DNA of 63,629 nucleotides, counting the filler, from Octopus bimaculoides (taxonomy: Eukaryota): assembly GCF_001194135.2 (NCBI RefSeq). It is 7 parts of 7 records of this genome, joined end to end, with 100 filler letters (N's around TTAATTAATTAA, not from the genome) between each part and the next. Parts side by side here need not be neighbours in the genome. Positions count along the whole stretch, not along the records: positions 36,651 to 45,875 come from NC_068984.1; positions 45,976 to 60,069 come from NC_068983.1; 5 more parts are not named here. One strand, written 5' to 3'. The notes beneath the pieces were generated by a model. The model was not told the origin of the DNA, searched no databases, and saw nothing but the letters and a program-made list of their open reading frames with translations. The translations under genes were made by a program, and so were the position numbers. Shown piece after piece: positions 38,500-51,943 of the stretch (position 1 is the stretch's first letter; each line of letters starts with the position of its first letter).

Positions 38500-41400
38500 T
38501 GTATGTATGTATGTATATGTATATAACACTGTGTGTGTGTGTTTGTGTGTGTCTGTGTGTTTGTGCGTGTGTATGCGAACTGTATTTTCTATATATTCCA
38601 AGCAAGGTTACACTACTACCATACCTGGTAAACGAGTGCCCACCACTGAAGCGATCAAATAAGCTCGAAATCAGGTAGTCTGGTGGCCTCGAAGCTTGGG
38701 TAGCAGGAGTTCTCTCCCACTTGCAATAAATGTCAAGAGCGAAAGTGCACTCAATAAACTAGCTGGAGGCGATGACCTCCTGGGGTTAAAACAGCAGTAT
38801 CGTCATCTCTTAAGGAACATCCACGTGGCGATAAACATTACCTTATATATATAGACCCACTCTCAACCACAACCGACGAAGACAATGAAGACAATCAGTT
38901 TCTCATAAATTCAACGACAGTATGAATTAAGCCACCTAATAGAATCAACTCATAGCAGAATGAGGACCAGACGGTCCCCATTCTTCTTATTGGATAGAGA
39001 AGTGCGAATGCATAGCTCCTATTACTAGAAGACACTTCTGCTGAGAAGAATCTACCTTCTATAGTAAATATGCTCCTATGTCGGTTATTGAATAATGCAG
39101 ACGACGCTTGGAGAATATTCAGAATTTCTGAAAATGTTTCCATGTAACCTGAGGATATGAGCAAATTTCATTTGAAAGTATGCTTGAATGTAGCAACGGA
39201 CGTTCGCAAGTTAAAATTAAGTTGAAACGAAAGGTCTAGTAAAATGCGAACAGTGGATTAGGGAAAAAAGATAGTGAACTGATTAGAAGTAACGAACTAA
39301 AAAGTTATCGATTATGATTTGATAACTCCTTTGATGCAAAATACAGACAACAACTTCTGAATTTTGCATCAAAGAAATGATCGAGAGCCGTTATCGCTGG
39401 TCTGCGATAGAGCACGATAGAGCACGAACGCAATAAGATGTACTTCTTTATGAGAATGAATTATGTGCATCTTTCGACGTGAATGGATCGGGCTGAGTGA
39501 CATTTTTGCTTCGAAAACTTCTGGATTTTAAGATAAGTGTGATTCGGAAGGATCCGAGACAGAGATCCATGGTACTGGATGTAATCAGTTGCGAAGGTGA
39601 TACTTTCAGACAAATTGTCTTTTATACCTAAACTGTGACAGAACAAATAGACTTCCTAAGAAGTTTCGTTTTGCAGTGCAAGTGAACGACTGGAATAACA
39701 ATCTGGACGCATGCTAAGTTTATGGAGAAGGTATCCAGTACGATACCTCATCCACAATTATTAAGAAATTTCACAGACATAATCAGGCAGCTAAAACTTC
39801 GAAACTTAACGAGTGGGATTTCAGAATCTGTTAATCCACACTTGAAAAACACCGGTTGTTCAAGTATTTAGTGGGCTAAGAGGATGTGAATAGGCTGTGA
39901 ATATCCTAGGGCATGAATTATTTCGCCTTGTTGGCTATACAGACCACAAGTTTGTGATCTGGATGGTTAAAAAGATAGTACCTGCATAGACAGGTTTCTG
40001 CTTATTATATCAGTTTATTATATAATTGTTACCCACGTACAAGGGACTATGGCAAGCAGAGTGCAAACTAGTTAAATTGTTGGAGGTGATGATGGTGATC
40101 GTCAGGTACTGGTAGTCATTCTAAAGGGAGCCATTAAAGTATGATGAAGTATTAGTGATACACACCAATTATATTAGATGTGGGATAGTTTACAGTTTAG
40201 AAAATGCGGTGGAAAAAGCATCAAGACATACGTACTAGAGATGAAAATGGCATTCAGCCATTTTTCCGACTTAAAAATAAACAAAGAAACACGCAGATGT
40301 CGGAGTTCAGTTGTCAATTTCTCAGTAACTGGCTATTTGTCAGCATTTCCCTATCTAGACAATTAATCACTGAAACGCTAACAATGATCACATCGGCAGT
40401 GATTGAATTTTGATTTTCTATTGATTGGATCTCGGGTTGAGGTACCGATGTTCAATGTACCAGAATCTGAAATATTTATTCCATCTACTAGAACTGTGTC
40501 TATTGTATACTATTTGTATACCATAATCACTCGTGGGAAATCAAACCATAATAAATAATTTACATCTAGATTTGAAAGAAATTACAGAATTGACGGGATT
40601 ATGTTCTGGTTACAGAGAGAGAGACAGGTAGAATGTATAAACTGGTGAAGGAGAACTGAGTTTGTGAATTCAAACGAAATCGATTGAGGTTCTAATTCAC
40701 TAAAATCAGACAGATCTACTATTGAAAATGGCATAATCTTACCAATGGGCATTAATAACCCATCATCGATTCATCCATTTTTCTATTTCTCTCGGCTATT
40801 GAAGAGTAGACATTCTGTTTAAAGAATTTTATTTCTTGAATAGACGCCACAGGGAAACCGTGAATCTTAAAGGCTAAACCTTTGTTCTTAGAATCTGTTA
40901 AAAATTCCATTACATTGTAATTGAAGAATCCTAGCTCAGTAATTGAGGTTTTAGCGTTCTGCGCTGATTTTGCGCACGTTATGTGGGAAAAGCCATTCTG
41001 AAATTTGTTGCTTCAAGACTCAAAATGTGATCAAGCAAAATACTTATGCTTTTCGGATGTGTGATTCTTTTCTTTGATCTTGGATTAAATTCAATACTGT
41101 CACGGAGAATCAGTATTTTGTATAGATTCCACTAGCCCCAAACATAAATACAGGAAAATGGTAGTTGCTATAAAACCGCAACTGAATACCAGATACACTA
41201 TGAGACAAAACTGCTAACGGTAAAACAAAACTTATTCTTTCATATTTCACAACACCTAGCTCTATACAACAAAAGGATTCCTCCACATCACTAATCCACT
41301 ATGGTTCATAGAAAATAAAACCACCTTTGTTTACAAATAATAATAAAACCACAGAAAATAAAACCACGTTTGTTTAAAAATATTAATTAAAATCTCGTGG

Positions 41401-42116
41401 TGTAGAGATATTGGTCAATAGAGAATCAAGACATGGAAATAAAAAGACTGCCTTATTTAGTGGTTGAGAATGCGGTTCCATACTACTAACCTCAAATTTG
41501 TGTTTGATGCTAGTGGGTGACTATCGATCATCAGTCCAGTTCGTAATCAATAATGAATAAGGATACATATCATAGCAAGCAAGGTGTAAACTGACACAAC
41601 TATGCCTTGGATTTTGTTGCCAACTAAATGCATATCACAATCAATGAGATCTAAAAATTGCCAAAATACATACACATTGCGAAATCCCTTCCTTGGAATA
41701 GCTAGCTAATTACTTTTAAGTTATATTTACTGATAATTCGTAGAATTTGGAACCATCATTGAAATTTACGTTTCGTTTGCGAAAAAGTCTGTGAACAATG
41801 TGATCGAAAATCCAAAAATAGATTTATACATATGTCAGAAGTTATTGCCCTTTCTTCAGTACCACATCCAAACCATTAACCATTCACGAGCACATTGCTT
41901 AAATGGCCCCTACGTTTAGTAGTGTAACACTATTAAATAAACCAATTTACATCTAAAAACAACACGTCTGACAACTAGTATGTACATACTAATTGCTGGG
42001 AGCCATTTTATGTTAGCAGTAGGACACAGTATTCATTTATAAACCTTTAATATACATGAATATTATTTTTGCTAAAGGAAATATGGTGCCCCTACCAGCA
42101 ATTGGTATTCTAGTTA

Positions 42117-42441
42117 CACCTTCTCCTTGATTTACGACCTATGCGACTTACGACCATCAACAGTTAGGACGACAATGAATAAATAAATAATAAATAAATA
42201 ATCGATTTTCGGACGCTGGGCAACTACGCTTACGATAACTATGGCAGCATCTTGCAACGCAGGCACCCCACCCAGAAATACAGGCATCCACTATCTGCCA
42301 TTATCTCTCACTCAGTCGCTTTCAAACATCAGTTGCGTTTGAATGAAAACAGTGTTGAAAAATATAAATCCGACATACGACCAGGTCGATTTGCGACCTA
42401 TCAGTCGGAACGGAACTCAGTCGTAAGTCGAGGAGAAGGTG
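42117..42441. mobile_element. 325-bp pogo/Tigger-like MITE with TA target-site duplication
   Basis: TA|CACCTTCTCCTTGATTTACGAC ... GTCGTAAGTCGAGGAGAAGGTG|TA; 22-bp TIR with 2 mismatches; subterminal (T)TACGAC repeats. Confidence 0.88.
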
Positions 42442-44742
42442 TATATAAAGACAACAAATGAGAAACGATCAGAAAGACAAATTTCTTAAGTGGCTGGAGT
42501 TTGACGATGCACACAAGCTATCCGATTTAGGGTAGATGCGTGGCGTTTCGACTGTCACTTTGCCTAAATATTTGGCGGTAGTTGTGGTGGATCACGGGTG
42601 GGCTGCCGTGTTACTCGTCAGAATATTTGGAGTGTTGCATAAATTGATACCTCCAGCTGAGTTACGGTTGGAAGAATGGTTGTGCGAGAGAGAAATCGCT
42701 TGATTTTATGCTCTACTCTACGACTTTTGTGGTTACATGTGGAAACATGTAAAATTTCCCTACCTGACACTTTCTTGTCAAACGCCTTTCGCTACTTGCA
42801 GATGACGAAACCATTCCTCGATGTATCCATGGAGGATAATGGTACTGGTGATGACAGACATGTTAACAGGGGATATATCTTGACATTTATGTTCCATAAC
42901 TCCACTGAACGGTGACCCTAAGATTTTGGTGAATGAACTTGCAAAGAAGTTGCTGCTTGTCATCGGTAGTGTAGTTGGTAGCACACAGGCCTGTACTATT
43001 TACGCCAGATTTATTTGCAAGAACCTACGTTTCGCGCAATAGATTGCAGTGATGTGTAATAAACCTGGTTCTCAGCTACTTCAGTCAATCCAAAGCTAGT
43101 TATAGAGGCGATCATTAGCAATTAACAGCTGTCTTTAGTGCAGCCAGTTTTAGTCTCGTCATCAGAGACAAGATGATTTCAATGTAAAGCAGCAGCTGTG
43201 TGCTGGACAAAGTAAACATTCTCCCAAAGAACCCGTTAAAAAAGAAAGGTTCAGTCAGTCAAAAAGTATTCTGCCTTTACAATACTTGTACTTTGGGCTC
43301 TTGAATTAATGCTGTTGAAATTGAATGTGATAAACGTTGTCCTTTTAGAATAGGGATGCGGGAAGCAGAGTAGACATAGAAAAGCGAAATCATGGTTATG
43401 CTATCGGATACAGCAGAAATCAGGTAGTTGACCCCAAACTGAAAATCACGAGGTATTAGTAAGGGAATGAAACAACCAAATACGTCAGTTGGCATGTCAG
43501 AGGTATGTCTATGCTGACAAGTCTCGTAGATCATTTGACAAAGTTCATAGAGATTCCATTTAAAAAAGCTTGCTTTCTGGTTCGGAATACAACTCTGGAT
43601 AAATAGAATCTGGATTGATTTTAAGAGTTGGAGCCGGTCTTATAGAGAAATTGGATCGAATGACAGATATCAGGCAAAGGTGGGGGGCACATTAAAAAAA
43701 CCCGTAAGTCATTACTGTTTGAATGTTATGCTTTGCCCTAGTTTTCGTCTCACCAGATTAGAACATCTATTCTTTCACGCCTTGTGGAAGGGATACATTT
43801 CAATGGTCAAAAAAATATATCTGCAGCCAACAGTTTTTGTACAGAAGATTTCATATGATTACTTAGGGATGGGTTGAGATTGTGACATCTATAGGAATTA
43901 CTGGGCATTGAGCGAATGTGGTCACCGTTTGTCAAGCATGTCTTATCAAAATTCTTCTCTTTACATAGCTGCAGTCTCAGTAGTGGTGGTAGTGGTGGTA
44001 TTAAGCGCCTAAACAAAGATTAGGCGCTCGATAAGAGGAATGCAATCAGACGTTTACAGTTCTCCGCCAGTTAAGCAATGAGCCAATTGTTTATAAACTC
44101 TTGTATTCTATAAAACATTAGTGGTGACGTACAACCCACATGAATTAGCCCACATTTCAACATGCACATGTAAACTGAAATATACAGCTGACACAAAGTA
44201 CTTATTAAGAGCAAGGTGAATCCTATCGTTTTTGTTTACATAGCTTCTTTTACATACCTCTTTTCCTTTATTCGCATCTACGTAACATATTCCATTCTTC
44301 CTGTAATTCATCATCGTAATACATTAATATATATTCACTCATTCAATCCTATTCCTTATGGCAAATGAAGCAATCATTATTCACATTTTAACTCACATTC
44401 GATAACAAGGATCTAACAAGCCAATGTTCGCCAGAATATATAATTAGTTACTTTAAAAGGAGAACCAGAAAACTAGATTATTTAAAATCAATGGAACAAC
44501 AGAAGCCTTAACATAATAAATATTCTGCATTACGATTAAATTCGAGATTCTAATTAAATAACTTGACTTAATTAAACAAAGGCTTCAATATACATATTTC
44601 AAAAAAGATTTTAATAACGTATATATGATTTTAATTGAAGAGAAAATACAATGTACATATTGCGTCAAAACATTATGGACATTATATGCCTACCGGCCGC
44701 ATGTTTTCTTTTTAATGTATGCAAACGCGCGCGTGTGTGTGC

Positions 44743-44781
<39 letters not shown>

Positions 44782-44895
44782 CACACAAGCACACACAGGA
44801 ATGCAATACGCGTGAGCGCGTGCACACATTGTGTACATTTTCTGTGTTCGTAAGGTGATACGGAGAATGAAGATTACACATTACTTCAAGAACTA

Positions 44896-44932
<37 letters not shown>

Positions 44933-45202
44933 NNNNNNNNNNNNNNNNNNNNNNNNNNNNNNNNNNNNNNNNNNNNNNNNNNNNNNNNNNNNNNNNNNNN
45001 NNNNNNNNNNNNNNNNNNNNNNNNNNNNNNNNNNNNNNNNNNNNNNNNNNNNNNNNNNNNNNNNNNNNNNNNNNNNNNNNNNNNNNNNNNNNNNNNNNNN
45101 NNNNNNNNNNNNNNNNNNNNNNNNNNNNNNNNNNNNNNNNNNNNNNNNNNNNNNNNNNNNNNNNNNNNNNNNNNNNNNNNNNNNNNNNNNNNNNNNNNNN
45201 NN

Positions 45203-45245
<43 letters not shown>

Positions 45246-45619
45246 AAGAGGGAGAGAGAGAGATGGGGGAATGTACATATATATATATATATATATGTGT
45301 ATGTGTGTGTGTGAGTATATAGATGTTCATATGTGTCTGCATGTGTATGTAAAGGTTTAATAGATTTGTATGTATTTGCATGTATAAAAACTGTGCAGGT
45401 AGTTTGTATGTAAGATTATGAATGCATTTGTGTGTGTGTGTATGGTGTGTGGGTGTGCGTGAATATTATTATAAAGAGGTATACCCGTTTGTGTGTGTAT
45501 ATACAAAAACAATTCTACATCGCTTTTGCTGATACCGAGTAGGTCTTGAATGCTGTGAATAGAGATGGTCAGCTCAGAATCCTTCCCAAAGTAGATCGCC
45601 TTCCCTGATTAGTGTTTTC

Positions 45620-45825
45620 TTTTATTCTTTTATTCTTTTATCTGTTTCAGTCATTTGACTGCCGCCATGCTGCAGCACCGCCTTTAGTCGAAGAAATCGA
45701 CCTCCGGACTTATTCTTTGTAAGCCTAGTACTTATTCTATCGGTCTCTTCTGCCGAACCGCTAAGTTACGGAACGTGAATACAGCAACATAGGTTGTCAA
45801 GCGATGGTGGGGAGACAAATACAGA
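45620..45825 (-). mobile_element. Family A SINE 3' half
   Basis: TGTTTCAGTCATTTGACTGCCGCCATGCTGCAGCACCGCCTTTAGTCGA...CCGAACCGCTAAGTTACG. Confidence 0.9.
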
Positions 45826-45844
45826 GAAATACTCACACACACAC

Positions 45845-45875
<31 letters not shown>

Positions 45876-46669
45876 NNNNNNNNNNNNNNNNNNNNNNNNN
45901 NNNNNNNNNNNNNNNNNNNTTAATTAATTAANNNNNNNNNNNNNNNNNNNNNNNNNNNNNNNNNNNNNNNNNNNNATATATATATATATATATATATATA
46001 AATTTATATATACATATATATATATATATATATACACACACATATATATATACATATATATATATATATGCATATATATATATATGTTCGTATATATGTA
46101 TACATGCTTTTTCTGAATGTCTCATTCATCAGTATAACTGCATCATTTTTTTTCATTTCTCTAATATAAGTATGTAAAACTCATATATTTGTTAAGGTTT
46201 CGTTTTATTAAACGAATTCTATAACAAAATTTTTCTTTTTCCGTAAGGCAACTTCAATGTCATCAAGATTAAAACTGTAATGTTTAAATAATTTAAAGAG
46301 TTTATAAGCAACATTTATTGAATAAAACGGATATTAATATTACCAGTTACACTCTGCGCATGCTCGGCATATTGATACAATTTCAAGTCTTCTGTTTGGT
46401 GTTCGTTATACATAAAAATACTTTGCGGTTTGTTGTAGAAAAATTTAGATACAGTAATGGCTCAAAGTTGAAACTCTACCAATTATTTGTTCACCTAGCT
46501 GTAGATTAATTTCTGGGTAAAATAAACATGGCTTCTTTTTTATCTCCACAAGTCGCCATATTGGGGATTAACTGCTGCATGTGGTGCTTCTTACTTCTGT
46601 CTTCAATGATACCAATGATACTATACACACTATTTATTGTACAATCCAGAATTTCTGTATATATGTTTC

Positions 46670-46820
46670 CATAGGCGCAGGATGTGTACTTTAGGAGCAC
46701 GTTTGGTTGGCACGTGACTTCGAGTTCGGTTTCTCTGCGTGGCAACTTGGGAAATTGTGTTCTACCATAGCCTCGGACCGACCAGTGCCTTGTGAATGAA
46801 TTTGGTTGACTAATCCTGTG
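46670..46820 (+). mobile_element. Degenerate family A SINE 5' half
   Basis: AGGCGCAGGATGTG...CTGCGTGGCAACTTGGG...CTATAGCCTCGGACCGACCAGTGCCTTGTG-like body. Confidence 0.7.
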
Positions 46821-46851
46821 TGGAGGCCAGTCACCCCTCTCTCTCTCTGTT

Positions 46852-46895
<44 letters not shown>

Positions 46896-46923
46896 GCAAC
46901 AGTCCCTACATACATACATACAT

Positions 46924-47320
46924 GCGTTGGAGTGGTTGTGTGGTAAGTGGCTTGCTTATCAACCATAAAGTTCCGGGTTCAGTCCCACTGCGTGGTACCT
47001 TGGGCAAGTATCTTCTACTATAGCCGCGGGCCGACCAAAGCCTTGTGAGTGGATTTGGTAGATGGAAACTGAAAGAAGCCCGTCGTATATATATGTATAT
47101 ATGTGTGTGTATGTTTGTGTGTCAGTGTTTGTCCTTCCAACATCGCTTCACAGCCGATGATAGTGTGTTTACGTCCCTGTGACTTAGCTGTTCGGCCAAA
47201 GAGATCGATAGAATAAGTACTAGGCTTACAAAGAATAAGTCCTGGGGTCGATTTGCTCGACTAAAGGTGGTGCTCCAGCATGGCCGCAGTCAAATGACTG
47301 AAACAAGTAAAAAAGTAAAG
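46924..47320 (+). mobile_element. Full-length family A SINE
   Basis: Collinear with 8386-8772 from tRNA-like head to GACTGAAACAAGTAAA tail. Confidence 0.92.
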
Positions 47321-47661
47321 ATACATGCATACATACATACGTACGTACATACATACATATATGCGTACATACATACATACATACATACATACATACGTGC
47401 AAACAAACAAAAACACATATAGTTAAATATATACATTCAAAGCTAAGAAGCACAATTTTTCTTCTCGGAGTTTTATATTACAAGAAACTCGGACAAGACA
47501 AGATCAGACAGAACTGCGCGTCAATTTGGGTAAATGTACAAAAACTATACCCCAAATATTCAATATATTTGTATAGTCTAGTTTGTAGAATTAGATATCT
47601 TTCTTTTTCTCCTCTCCACCACTTTCTTTCTACTCCCTTTTCTCTGATACTCATAAATTAC

Positions 47662-47781
47662 CATGTGCCTGGTTTCGTGTATTTGATCTCTGTAACAGAA
47701 TGCAATAAAGTGTTCCCTGATGATCCATTGCAGTTAAGCATCCAGATTCGCTTGGGACATCAAATGCTGAGTTCCATTTAA
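47662..47781 (-). CDS. Candidate isolated internal coding exon (120 nt, phase 1-1), product unknown
   Basis: Acceptor TTGTTCCTACGTACGTTCCACCATTGTAG and donor CATG|GTAATT; one frame open: xKWNSAFDVPSESGCLTAMDHQGTLYCILLQRSNTRNQAH; lies in unique sequence. Confidence 0.4.
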
Positions 47782-48834
47782 CTACAATGGTGGAACGTAC
47801 GTAGGAACAAAATATCTATACTGGTGTTTGTCTTAATTTCCGCCACGTATGCTTTATATATAATAACTAGCGACATTGCTAAGTACAGTGGTCGACGAAC
47901 CACTATATTGGAAGGCAAATGGATAATGATGATTTATGTTGAGCTTGAACTCATACACTAGAAGCCTTACCTATAACTGTACACAAATGATATATGAATG
48001 TACATGTATACGAACAAACACATACAAACATGCTGAAATAAATGTAGGCAATAGAATATAAAGAGACGCTTGGATATAGATCTCCAATTATGAATACTCA
48101 CATATAAAGTTTTATTACGACATACAAACTAACCGTAAACCCGGCATCGTAATATTCAAAATGGTTTGTTTTTATACAGAAAAAATCTACATACATCTAT
48201 GTTATCATACTTGATGTATGCATATTTATTCGAATATATTTGGGTAACAGTGTGCATATATACAAACACATACATACATAACGCATACATATATGCATAC
48301 ATACATGCATATATATATATATATANNNNNNNNNNNNNNNNNNNNNNNNNNNNNNNNNNNNNNNNNNNNNNNNNNNNNNNNNNNNNNNNNNNNNNNNNNN
48401 NNNNNNNNNNNNNNNNNNNNNNNNNNNNNNNNNNNNNNNNNNNNNNNNNNNNNNNNNNNNNNNNNNNNNNNNNNNNNNNNNNNNNNNNNNNNNNNNNNNN
48501 NNNNNNNNNNNNNNNNNNNNNNNNNNNNNNNNNNNNNNNNNNNNNNNNNNNNNNNNNNNNNNNNNNNNNNNNNNNNNNNNNNNNNNNNNNNNNNNNNNNN
48601 NNNNNNNNNNNNNNNNNNNNNNNNNNNNNNNNNNNNNNNNNNNNNNNNNNNNNNNNNNNNNNNNNNNNNNNNNNNNNNNNNNNNNNNNNNNNNNNNNNNN
48701 NNNNNNNNNNNNNNNNNNNNNNNNNNNNNNNNNNNNNNNNNNNNNNNNNNNNNNNNNNNNNNNNNNNNNNNNNNNNNNNNNNNNNNNNNNNNNNNNNNNN
48801 NNNNNNNNNNNNNACATACATACATACGTGTGTG

Positions 48835-48873
<39 letters not shown>

Positions 48874-49273
48874 CCCGTTTTTATTAAGAACGATAACTCT
48901 GAAGATTTAATAGGAGTGCATTTTTCGTGAAACATTTGCAGCAACCAGCTTTAATTAAATATTTAGGGTTGTAAGGATAATTCAACTGAAAGTAAGGAAG
49001 AAAAATTGATTTTCTATCAAACGGGGTCCTGACATAACATGCATTTACCACAGGAGGCCATGAAAAACTCTCGTAATCCAGCGTTGGCAATAAACTGTGC
49101 CGCATTAGAGGATATAAAATAGAGCACTCTGTGGATTTGAAATGATAGTGTTATTTTGTCTCTTTGTTTGCTGGCTGGCTGGTTGGTTGGTAGGGAGAAG
49201 GAAAGTATGTATGTGTGCTTTTAATAAGTATATTTATACGCACACACACACACACATATATACGCATACACAC

Positions 49274-49304
<31 letters not shown>

Positions 49305-49333
49305 CNNNNNNNNNNNNNNNNNNNNNNNNNNNN

Positions 49334-49383
<50 letters not shown>

Positions 49384-49592
49384 CATGTATATATATATCT
49401 ATATATCTCTTTTTCTATACACACACACATGTATGTATGTCTATACACACACATACACACATGTGCGCACACGCACATACACGGATATATATATATATAT
49501 GCATACATGCATACTTATATATATCTATATATTTATCTATCTCTTTCAACACACACACACACACATATATGTATGTCTTTCCACAACATACG

Positions 49593-49649
<57 letters not shown>

Positions 49650-49733
49650 ACTCTCACTCTCGCTTTCTCTCTCTCTCTTTCTCTCTGTCTTTCTCTCTCT
49701 GTCTTTCTCTCTCTGTCTTTCTCTCTATCTCTT

Positions 49734-49765
<32 letters not shown>

Positions 49766-50469
49766 TTTCTCTCTCTCTCTTTCTCTCTCTCTCTTTCTCT
49801 TTCCCTCTTTCTCTCTCTCTCTCTCACACACAGGCACTCTCATTTACACACGCGTGCAAATCTGAGTTGTTTTTTTTATGTATAAATTTAATTAACTATC
49901 CTTCCGTCGATGTGTAGATAAGTGTGTACGACATGCTACTAACCTATCTATCTATCTATCTATCNNNNNNNNNNNNNNNNNNNNNNNNNNNNNNNNNNNN
50001 NNNNNNNNNNNNNNNNNNNNNNNNNNNNNNNNNNNNNNNNNNNNNNNNNNNNNNNNNNNNNNNNTATATATATATTTATACTATCGAACCTTGGAAGGGG
50101 CATTATGCCGGTGATAATATATATACACATATACACACAATTAAAAAAGCTACAACTAGTTTCGTACTGTGGAGATACAATAGTTTGATAGGTTTACATA
50201 ACATGCAAAGTGTATCCAAACAATTTTTCAGGTTTCAGTGCATACCATTGGACCTACTTGAATACCAGGACACTGGTCTATGAGAAAACAAGAAAAGAAA
50301 TGTTAGAACACTAAGGAGGTTTATGCAAAAGGGAAACGAGAAGAAAAGTAGGAAAACCAAGATCTTCGTTCCGTTTGTCTACAAAATCAAATAATCTAAC
50401 TGGTGTAGAATAATATAACGGAGAGGAGGCTAAAGTCTGGGAGATACCAACTGAATCTTGAGATAGTGG

Positions 50470-50830
50470 TGTCCTCCAGTCTAACGAAAGAAACTTGCCT
50501 ATGTGCTTGCATCTACTACACATTTCCGGTCTGCAATTAAAGAGTGTGTTGGAATTCTTGGATTTAAAAAGTATGTGCAACCTTTTAGTTACGCATAATA
50601 TGCATCTCTTTGATCCATTTACAAATGGCGTAGATTTCTTCACGATTCTCCACTCGATTGTATGTGGTATACAGTTGGTATTCAGATCTCATACAAGGCA
50701 AAATAACTTTGTGGTTTTACTTTTATCAAAGTGGCGGAGAGAGGCAGGGGATTTGTATAGTAGTTTTTCAAATTGACTTCGCATAAACCGATAACAACCA
50801 CACTTTAAATAAGTACTATTTTCGATTTGA
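50470..50830 (-). mobile_element. Penelope-like element GIY-YIG endonuclease C-terminal remnant
   Basis: SLRHFDKSKTT...HTIEWRIVKKSTPFVNGSKRCILCVTKRLHIL...NTLFNCRPEMCSRCKHIGKF matches the PLE tail pattern W.I.....Y..G...C.LC..EK..I.....LN.R.E....C.H..KF. Confidence 0.85.
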
Positions 50831-50949
50831 TCAACTAAACCTTTGAATGCGGTACTCCAAAATGATTCGCAGTGCATTATGAGAATCAAAATGGAAATGT
50901 GTACCGAAGTCCACTCGTAGCCCGCAACATACGTGCACACACACACACA

Positions 50950-50991
<42 letters not shown>

Positions 50992-51836
50992 NNNNNNNNN
51001 NNNNNNNNNNNNNNNNNNNNNNNNNNNNNNNNNNNNNNNNNNNNNNNNNNNNNNNNNNNNNNNNNNNNNNNNNNNNNNNNNNNNNNNNNNNNNNNNNNNN
51101 NNNNNNNNNNNNNNNNNNNNNNNNNNNNNNNNNNNNNNNNNNNNNNNNNNNNNNNNNNNNNNNNNNNNNNNNNNNNNNNNNNNNNNNNNNNNNNNNNNNN
51201 NNNNNNNNNNNNNNNNNNNNNNNNNNNNNNNNNNNNNNNNNNNNNNNNNNNNNNNNNNNNNNNNNNNNNNNNNNNNNNNNNNNATATATATATGTATGTA
51301 TATCATAGTGTAATTCAATACGCGAGTGTGTGTACGTGTATGTGTGTGGGTGGGTGAGCGTGCGCACAATGATTGAAAAGTGAAAGTAGCACATTAAACA
51401 TAAATGAAAACGTGCGTACAGCCGGAACTACAGGAATAAGAGGAAGGGAAAGAGATTGGAAGAGAGAGAGGGGGGGGGCGAAAGAAGGAAAGAGGAAAGG
51501 AGGGAGAGAGAAGAAGAGCGAGAGAGAAGAAGAGCGAGAGAGGGGAGAGTGAGAGATGTAAAAAGAATATGCAACTTTTAAAGGGAAACCAAATTCTACA
51601 GTCGACTTCAGAACAATTGGTTTGAACGAGTGCGAATGAATATAATGGTGCATAAAGAACTTCTGGTAAAAGTCTGCAAAGGAAACTATTAAAAGAGTTA
51701 TTGAAGAACTAAATCAATCAGATTGAACTGATATTAACCATTGATTATATATTGTTTGTTTGTCTTTGCATAAAAATTTCTACTTAACTTTTTAAAGTCC
51801 CTTCTTTCATTATATATATATATATATATAAAATAC

Positions 51837-51867
<31 letters not shown>

Positions 51868-51943
51868 TATATGCACGCTAATATCGAGCAGTGAGAACGA
51901 GTGCTCAACACAAATAAAGTGTATATATATGTATGATATATAA

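Noticed and set aside
39600-41830. Cadherin-like words (VQVNDWNNN, LDRE, FKQNVY) suggesting a protocadherin
   Set aside because: The motifs fall on different strands and frames with wrong spacing and many stops; not supportable without a profile search
44004-44028. 9-bp GC-rich hairpin AGCGCCTAA/TTAGGCGCT as a Helitron end or terminator
   Set aside because: No CTRR terminus or U-tract follows; short hairpins are expected by chance
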